Below are positions 58,257-64,000 of a DNA stretch of 64,000 bases, piece by piece. Position 1 is the stretch's first letter. Every line of letters starts with the position of its first letter. The notes beneath the pieces are model-generated. The model was given only the letters and a program-made list of their open reading frames with translations. It was not told the DNA's origin and made no database searches. A program made the position numbers and the translations under genes. This stretch comes from an uncultured virus (IMG/VR IMGVR_UViG_3300025803_000010) (lineage: Duplodnaviria > Heunggongvirae > Uroviricota > Caudoviricetes), in IMG/VR virus record IMGVR_UViG_3300025803_000010. One strand, given 5' to 3'.

Positions 58257-58706
58257 CTAACATTTCCATCTACGTCTCGCTTGTCTGATTCTTGAATTTG
58301 GATCATTTCTAGTTTCTGCACTAGATCTTTTTAACTGACCTAGGCTTCTAGCACAATAACTTTTTCTTCTATTTGCTGCTTTAGATCCTTTTTTAACTTT
58401 ACCTGTTACTGCTGTTTTTAGTTTAGATCCAGGATTAGCACGTCTATATGCTGCAACACCTGCAGATGTCATACCTGCTCCTGATTTTGTTGATCTATAA
58501 TTTTTTTTATTTCTAGCAATTGGTTTCTCAGTTTCTCCACCTCTGCTAAATTTTTTTTTAAATTTTATTTTGAATTGACCATCTGCTTTTACACCAATGT
58601 CTAATCTAGAATTTTCAGTTGATTTACCAACATTAATAAAAACTTTTTCATCACTAGGATCGATACCTAAATTTAAATCTGAATAATAGCTTTTATCTTT
58701 AGACAT
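58257..58706 (-). CDS. Basic conserved phage protein (DUF6321-like)
   Basis: NPGSKLK, RRKSYCAR, C-terminal RRWKC. Confidence 0.7.
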   Translation of the reverse strand: MSKDKSYYSDLNLGIDPSDEKVFINVGKSTENSRLDIGVKADGQFKIKFKKKFSRGGETEKPIARNKKNYRSTKSGAGMTSAGVAAYRRANPGSKLKTAVTGKVKKGSKAANRRKSYCARSLGQLKRSSAETRNDPNSRIRQARRRWKC

Positions 58707-58707
58707 C

Positions 58708-58998
58708 TTACGTAAATGTAATTGAAACGTTTGGGCAATTAGTTACTGTGACGTGAACACCTTCTTCAAATAAAATACCTGAACCTGGAATATAAAGATC
58801 TAAACCTTCTGTTCCAAATCCATAAGTAGCTATTACATTTCCTGATCCTCCTCCACTTCTAAAAACTAAAAGTGCTGATGCAATACCTTCTCCTTGAATA
58901 GAAGTAACTCTTGCTCTTCTTCCTGTTGGAACTAATTGACCAGTTGCTGTAGCATGGGCATTACCCTGATCTGATGTAAAACTTCCTCCACCTGACAT
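58708..58998 (-). CDS. Small virion protein
   Basis: IPGSGILF motif; resembles 59002..59334. Confidence 0.65.
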   Translation of the reverse strand: MSGGGSFTSDQGNAHATATGQLVPTGRRARVTSIQGEGIASALLVFRSGGGSGNVIATYGFGTEGLDLYIPGSGILFEEGVHVTVTNCPNVSITFT

Positions 58999-59001
58999 AA
59001 A

Positions 59002-59334
59002 TTATCCGTTCTGTCCCGTTAAGTTAGGCCCTGAAAATTTATCAGTTAATAAAGTAACTGCTGTTACATTTGTTGCTGTAGATAAATAAAGTCCGTTAGT
59101 AAATAGTATTCCATCTTCAGGTAATGAAAAATTAATTACGTCTCCAGATGGTACATCGGCTGTAAATAAATTTGTACCACCAGATGAAGATCCCGTATTT
59201 AAAGATACTTGACCAGCACCACCCCCATCAGAAGCAATAATCATTCCTTTAAGTCTTACAGGAGAAGCAATAACCACATTCGATGTTGCAGTTCCCGCTA
59301 CTCTTGTTGCTTGTATATCAGCTTTAGCTGCCAT
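59002..59334 (-). CDS. Small virion protein (own start inside the fused 311-aa ORF)
   Basis: ATG at 59334 after AAGGAG; LPEDGILF motif. Confidence 0.7.
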   Translation of the reverse strand: MAAKADIQATRVAGTATSNVVIASPVRLKGMIIASDGGGAGQVSLNTGSSSGGTNLFTADVPSGDVINFSLPEDGILFTNGLYLSTATNVTAVTLLTDKFSGPNLTGQNG

Positions 59335-59352
59335 AAAATTCTCCTTTAATTT

Positions 59353-59372
59353 GTGGCTCCCGAAGGAGCCAC
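59353..59372 (-). other. cUUCGg tetraloop hairpin between two genes
   Basis: Minus strand GTGGCTCC-TTCG-GGAGCCAC. Confidence 0.75.
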
Positions 59373-59381
59373 GATTAATTG

Positions 59382-59937
59382 TTACGCTGCAAATGCAAAA
59401 TGCACCTGTTACAGCTGCTGCTGCACCAGTGAATTCAGTTGCAATTGTCCATGTACCATCTTCAAAACACATGAAAGCAATTTTGCTACCAGTTGTTAAA
59501 AGATTAGTTGCTGCATCAGCTGGAGTGAAAACTAATTGTGTTTCACCTGCTGCTGAAGTATCAAAAGTTACTTCATTTGCTGCTCTTGATTCTATTAAAG
59601 AACCAGTCGCCCAAACATCAGTTCCAGCTGCATTAAAAGTTAAAGTTGCAGTTCCGCCAGCTGTGTCTTTAGATTGAACGTAAACAGCGATCGCACCTTT
59701 AGTTGCTGCTGGTAATGCTACAGCGCATGCTGCTGCACCTGTGTAGTTTACAGCTGCAATAATTCCATCAGCGATAGAAATGTTTGCACCTGTTGCTGTG
59801 TCAGCAAAAAGTAAACCTGTTATGTCAGGCATACCTGAGCTGTATCTTGTTGTTACAGCACCAGTAACAGAATTTTTAACAGCGACTTGAAAGCCACCTT
59901 CTGATCTGACCGGTCCTGAAAATGTAGTATTTGCCAT
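59382..59937 (-). CDS. Capsid-associated protein (MANTTFSGPVRS family) with an apparent +1 nt frameshift near the 3' end
   Basis: Removing one T from TTTT (59397-59400) gives ...TGAFAFAA-stop at 59382, just before a hairpin and the next SD. Confidence 0.65.
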
Positions 59938-59945
59938 ATTTATAT

Positions 59946-60017
59946 CCTCCTAGTTTTTTGAACATAGTCTCTAGGCCGTCGACTATACGCGTCTATGTTC
60001 TAATTAATTGTATAGTG
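59946..60017 (-). ncRNA. Candidate structured 5'-leader RNA
   Basis: 8-bp stem 59960-67/59993-60000; loop segments complementary to 60010-16 and to the SD region 59949-53. Confidence 0.5.
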
Positions 60018-60022
60018 ATTTA

Positions 60023-60051
60023 GATATATAGCAGATTTTAATAGAGTGCAA
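60023..60051 (-). promoter_or_regulatory. Sigma70-like promoter
   Basis: TTGCAC-17-TATATC just upstream of the structured leader. Confidence 0.45.
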
Positions 60052-60099
60052 GAGAACCTTATAAGAAAGTGCGATTTCAGCGATGTAGCGTTTTTTGTG

Positions 60100-60315
60100 T
60101 TACGTAGCTACAGATACGTCAGGTGCAGCGTCTTCTATCTTATTAGTCTGTTGAGCAACTTGTGCTTCAGCTAATTTGATATGACTGATGACTTGTCTTA
60201 TTTTGTCATCAATCCTTACCATATCAAGAGTATATCTTTTCTCCTGATTATAGTGCTGCGACCATTCAAGTTCTAGTCCTCTTTTCTTCGTGTAGAGTTC
60301 CTGAACGTGTGTCAT
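60100..60315 (-). CDS. Hypothetical coiled-coil protein; paralogue of 20625..20813
   Basis: VQELYTKKRGLELEW...DMVRIDDKI; SD GAGGAGG inside the upstream gene. Confidence 0.75.
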   Translation of the reverse strand: MTHVQELYTKKRGLELEWSQHYNQEKRYTLDMVRIDDKIRQVISHIKLAEAQVAQQTNKIEDAAPDVSVAT

Positions 60316-60502
60316 TTATAACCTCCTCATAGGTTAACCACAATTTGGATTTACTAGTAAATCCGTCTTTTTCCCAGACTATATCATTTTGTCCTAGTTT
60401 GTCAACTAGTGCATTTTCAAAGGCTTTATCATTATCCTCACATATAAGGTTGAAGATAGCATGATAGCCATATGCTCTGATTTGTACTCGGAAATTTTTC
60501 AT
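60266..60502 (-). CDS. Hypothetical protein; paralogue of 20435..20713
   Basis: MKNFRVQ...NDKA...LTYEEV. Confidence 0.7.
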   Translation of the reverse strand: MKNFRVQIRAYGYHAIFNLICEDNDKAFENALVDKLGQNDIVWEKDGFTSKSKLWLTYEEVINDTRSGTLHEEKRTRT

Positions 60503-60522
60503 GGGTTCTTTCTTTCTATCAT

Positions 60523-60552
60523 AAAAAAAGGGGACCCGAAAGCCCCCTTTTT
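60523..60552 (-). terminator. Rho-independent terminator after the major capsid gene
   Basis: Minus strand GGGGGCT-TTCG-GGTCCCC followed by T7. Confidence 0.85.
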
Positions 60553-60570
60553 AATTTGTTTTAGTACGAA

Positions 60571-61482
60571 TTAAGCACCTTCAACGCCGAAGATACCTCT
60601 GAAGTCAGATACTCCAAATGAGTATCTTTCTCTAGCTTTGTATCTTACGTTTCCAGTATCGAAGTCACCTTCCATAGCTGTTTTGATAGGTGATCTATCA
60701 AAGTACTTCATTCCATTAGGTATATCTGTAATGATGTAGAACGCATCTGTATCTGTGATGTAATTGTTCACTCTGTAACCTTGAGGAACCATTCCCATAG
60801 AAACGATTGCATTGATATCATTATCAGCTGTTCCTGTTCTACCTTGAGATTTCATCAATCTCTCAGCAGTGAATTGAAGTTCGCTAGGTACAATCATTTT
60901 CACGCCTCTTGCAGCAATTTTAAGACCTCTTTCGTCTGTCATTGCAGCAATATCGATTAAAGATTGCTCTAGTGAAGTTTCGTTTAAGTCAGCTTGAGTA
61001 GCCAATGTGTTCGCAACATTACCCGCTATTGTTGGGTGAGCTGTATTGAACAATGAAACACCGTCACCAGAAGTGAATGTAGCAGTTGAAGGTAAACCAT
61101 TGATTAATGGGTTAACAGCTTTAACTTGCTTAGTGTTTGACATTGATCTAGCTAATGCTTTTGTATATCTAGACGCAAGTCTATCATACAAATTGTCTTC
61201 GATCGCCTCTTCAGTTATTGCGAAAGCAAGAGCCACAGTTTCGTGTGTGTATCTCGCAGTGTAAGTCTCTTGAGCATTGTCAAAAGCTATTCCACTTCCT
61301 TCCGGTTTAACTTGAGCTTGAGCGAAGCCAGATAACATAACTTCTTCTTCAAACGCTCTGTCTGATGATTCTGAAGTGTATATTTCAGCATGCTGATTTT
61401 CGTATCTTTTATATTCCAGGCCGAATAGTGCATTCAATCCTGGCTCTAGTTCTTTAACTAGTTGTCCTCTTGATATAGCCAT
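60571..61482 (-). CDS. Major capsid protein
   Basis: MAISRGQLVKELEPGLNALFG, ITEEAIEDNLY, GDGVSLF..AHP, YKARERYSFG; follows scaffold genes; strong terminator. Confidence 0.92.
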   Translation of the reverse strand: MAISRGQLVKELEPGLNALFGLEYKRYENQHAEIYTSESSDRAFEEEVMLSGFAQAQVKPEGSGIAFDNAQETYTARYTHETVALAFAITEEAIEDNLYDRLASRYTKALARSMSNTKQVKAVNPLINGLPSTATFTSGDGVSLFNTAHPTIAGNVANTLATQADLNETSLEQSLIDIAAMTDERGLKIAARGVKMIVPSELQFTAERLMKSQGRTGTADNDINAIVSMGMVPQGYRVNNYITDTDAFYIITDIPNGMKYFDRSPIKTAMEGDFDTGNVRYKARERYSFGVSDFRGIFGVEGA

Positions 61483-61503
61483 AATTATTCTCCTATTCTC
61501 CTA

Positions 61504-62082
61504 TTATACGCCATTTACGTTCATATCTAACTCATGCTCGTTGATTCTAACGATCCAATTTACGTTAGCTGCGCCAACGGTATTGTTTGATGGATCTCTA
61601 GATACGCCGAGAATTTGTAAAGTTGCAGAAGAGCCAGCAGCTAATGTGCTGTCGTCTAATTCAACTTGTGATACGAAGTCCGGAGAACTACCTGCTGCAT
61701 ACACGATATCTGCAACGTTGAAGATATCAGTTGTAGCGGAAGCCCCCGCATTATTAGATTGTATCTCAAACCTTTCATAAGGGTCATCAGAAATGAAACC
61801 AACAATGTCTGTTGCAGTGTTAGAAGCATTTAGGTGATTCGCATATGTAGGCTTGCTTGTGTTAGCATCAGTAAAGAAGATACCAGTGAGTGCTCCTGTT
61901 ATAGCTCCGCCTGCGCCTGCTACTACTATTGTACCTGTGTTTGCCATTTTCACAGCATCACCTTGGTAAATAGCTGTTGCATTAGCTGCAATGCTATATT
62001 CGGATAAACCTTGGTTGTCTCTATTCTGGCCAACTTTGCCGATCGGTCTTAAACCGAAAGGTGCGTCTTGGTTAGTTGCCAT
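61504..62082 (-). CDS. Capsid cement / decoration protein
   Basis: APFGLRP, IYQGDAV; directly upstream of the major capsid gene. Confidence 0.7.
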   Translation of the reverse strand: MATNQDAPFGLRPIGKVGQNRDNQGLSEYSIAANATAIYQGDAVKMANTGTIVVAGAGGAITGALTGIFFTDANTSKPTYANHLNASNTATDIVGFISDDPYERFEIQSNNAGASATTDIFNVADIVYAAGSSPDFVSQVELDDSTLAAGSSATLQILGVSRDPSNNTVGAANVNWIVRINEHELDMNVNGV

Positions 62083-62160
62083 ATTGTTTCTCCTTTTGCA
62101 AAACCACTCAACGTAGTTTTGCGGTTAATGTTAATTCGTTGGGTAGGAATCGTTAAAAAA

Positions 62161-62625
62161 TTAACTTTTCTTTGAACCACCGAAAGTTACACGAGTCTGT
62201 CTATCAACATTGATAGGCATACTTGGATGCTCTTCCTTCATAAGATCGTTATCTGATGCTTTGACCTTTTCTTGATGCTGATTAGCATAATACTCTTGTC
62301 TTTGTTGCGCGATCTCATCAGGTACTCTAGCGAGCACTAGGCCGCCTACTCCGATTACTCCCTTGTATTTGCCATCGTCCACAGTTGGAAAATCTGAGTC
62401 AGGGTATTCATCCGATCTAACTAATTCATAACCAGATCTTAATCTGCCTTGAATATTTTTAGAATCATTGAATCCTAATGACTCGGCTCTTAACCATCTG
62501 TGCCTAAATCCTGTCGGCGCAGGGGGTGCATCTAAAGATGACGGTGGAGTCCAAACTTTTTTTCGAGATTCTTTATCTCTAGTCTGACTCGCACGGGAAG
62601 TTTTCTTTTCTGTTATTTTATTCAT
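62161..62625 (-). CDS. Conserved head-module protein (copy B)
   Basis: WTPPSSLDAP, HRWLR, IGVGGLVLAR. Confidence 0.8.
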   Translation of the reverse strand: MNKITEKKTSRASQTRDKESRKKVWTPPSSLDAPPAPTGFRHRWLRAESLGFNDSKNIQGRLRSGYELVRSDEYPDSDFPTVDDGKYKGVIGVGGLVLARVPDEIAQQRQEYYANQHQEKVKASDNDLMKEEHPSMPINVDRQTRVTFGGSKKS

Positions 62626-62629
62626 ATGC

Positions 62630-63610
62630 TTATACCTCCTTCGTGATTTTTAATTGTTTCGCATACTCTTCAAGTGGCACACCTAATTTTTTAGCGATTG
62701 ATACCTGTGATGATGTGAGTCTCACAGTTCTGCGACCTGATTTTGTACTTCGCTTCGCTGAAGCTACTGTTTGTACTGGCTTGGTCGTTGTATTTTCAGC
62801 CGTATCGCTATTATTACCAAATTTATGAGGAAATGCAACTCTTATTCTTTTGTCTATTTCCTTATAATATTCATCACTTGATGTGTCATAACCTTCTTCT
62901 TCAGTAAGCTTCTTATGCAAATCCATAGCGGTGTATGTCATCGCATTATCACTTCCAAACCAAGAGTTTTTCTCAGCCCATGATTCTGCTCTAGGATCAG
63001 GAGTATCTTGTTTAGGAGCAATTGCTTCCCTTAAATTAGGTTGTTTTACTTCTTGTTGTTTAGCTGCTGTTTCTTGAGCTTCCTTGGCCTCAAGATACTT
63101 AGCTTTTCTATATCCTAATTCAGATATAGATGTTTGAGCATCAATCTCAGCTTGAAGATCACTTGCTTCCCTTGCTGCTGCAAGTTTAGCTTTAGCGGCT
63201 TCTAAACCAGAATTAATACTTTGTTCTGTCGCTGATAAAAAACCAGGTTCTAATTTACTTAGTTTGTTTTTTATCGTTTTTTGTTCTGCAACAACTAACT
63301 CAGCGTATTTTAAAGCTTCATCTTTTTGTCTTTCAGCTTCTCTCCACTTTTTAGTTAGTTTTGCAATTCTTTTTTGTACTCCTGTAGAGTACTCTTCTAA
63401 TTCTTTCTTTTCTTGAGGCTCCTCTTTTGTTTCTACTTGAGGTGCTTCTTCTTTCTGTTCTTCAACAACCGTTTCTTCTTTAGTTTCTACTTCAGGTTCA
63501 GTTGTGGGTTGTTCTACAACTTCTTCCTTTTTTTCTTCAGCGATATCAATATCAGCGCCTGGGCCTGATGTATCTATATCAACTGTTTTGTTTTCTTCTA
63601 CGTCTGGCAT
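62630..63610 (-). CDS. Putative capsid scaffolding protein (copy B)
   Basis: YS..VQKRI.KLT, WAEKNSWFG, AKKLGVPLEEYAK. Confidence 0.75.
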   Translation of the reverse strand: MPDVEENKTVDIDTSGPGADIDIAEEKKEEVVEQPTTEPEVETKEETVVEEQKEEAPQVETKEEPQEKKELEEYSTGVQKRIAKLTKKWREAERQKDEALKYAELVVAEQKTIKNKLSKLEPGFLSATEQSINSGLEAAKAKLAAAREASDLQAEIDAQTSISELGYRKAKYLEAKEAQETAAKQQEVKQPNLREAIAPKQDTPDPRAESWAEKNSWFGSDNAMTYTAMDLHKKLTEEEGYDTSSDEYYKEIDKRIRVAFPHKFGNNSDTAENTTTKPVQTVASAKRSTKSGRRTVRLTSSQVSIAKKLGVPLEEYAKQLKITKEV

Positions 63611-63625
63611 AGTTTCCTCCTATGA

Positions 63626-64000
63626 TTAATATTGATGAAGTATGTCTTGTGGATTTTCGATGGTTGCTAACACTTCATCATCATTTAGCAATCTTACTTC
63701 TCCTCCATCGATTTGTATTCGGCTACCTGCATATCTTGCAAAGATAACCCAATCTCCTTTTTTACACCAAGGTCCTTCTGGAAATTTTTCTTTATCATAA
63801 CAATGTGGTCCCATTGCTAAAACTAAACCACAAGTAGATCCTACTTGTTGTCTTTCCAAAGTATCTTGGCCTAAATACAAACCACCTTTAGTTTTTTCTG
63901 GCATTTTAAAAGGAAGAATTAACATTCTCCAACCAGTTGGGTTTGGTAATTTATTTGATTCTTTTGTTTTTAAACGTTCGTACCCTTCAACTTCTTTTTG
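63626..64000 (-). CDS. groES: Co-chaperonin GroES-like (copy B), 5' end beyond the window
   Basis: LPNPTGWRMLILP, KTKGGLYL, FARYAG, RLLNDDEV; frame stays open to the window edge. Confidence 0.9.
   Translation of the reverse strand, partial: QKEVEGYERLKTKESNKLPNPTGWRMLILPFKMPEKTKGGLYLGQDTLERQQVGSTCGLVLAMGPHCYDKEKFPEGPWCKKGDWVIFARYAGSRIQIDGGEVRLLNDDEVLATIENPQDILHQY

Noticed and set aside
10..62828. Numerous short + strand ORFs antisense to long genes (e.g. 821, 4021, 10138, 32556, 36401, 51416, 59351, 61046)
   Set aside because: Shadow frames of well-supported minus-strand genes.
1..64000. Prophage with host flanks, or an alternative genetic code
   Set aside because: No integrase, att site or bacterial housekeeping genes; ORFs are full-length and densely packed under the standard code.

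Overview
The window is an AT-rich (roughly 30% GC by eye) tailed-phage genome, almost entirely on the minus strand. Its gene content resembles marine HTVC023P-like/uvMED podoviruses, and a SAR11-type host is my inference. It encodes terminase subunits, portal, GroES, scaffold, major capsid, tail and ejection proteins, an M15 endolysin, a PolA/primase/UvrD/SNF2 replication module, a LAGLIDADG endonuclease, a flavin-dependent halogenase, 11 Fe(II) oxygenase-like genes and 2-3 glycosyltransferases. I saw no tRNA, CRISPR array, integrase or reverse transcriptase. Main observations: (1) Both ends carry the same GroES-scaffold-WTPPSSLDAP gene trio, but as clearly divergent paralogues rather than a terminal repeat. 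(2) The left ~59 kb appears to avoid GGWCC (Gly-Pro written GGC/GGG-CCN), while the right ~4.6 kb contains four such sites. This places a lineage junction at about 59.0-59.9 kb, where a 1-nt frameshift also fuses two genes. (3) A GC-rich early island carries about 20 strand-polarised ACGAG motifs. (4) A candidate pseudoknotted leader RNA could sequester a ribosome-binding site. (5) An iteron-like CAGGGACACCA array lies upstream of terS. (6) An x-x-G-G motif recurs in putative internal virion proteins. All counts were made by eye and need computational confirmation.
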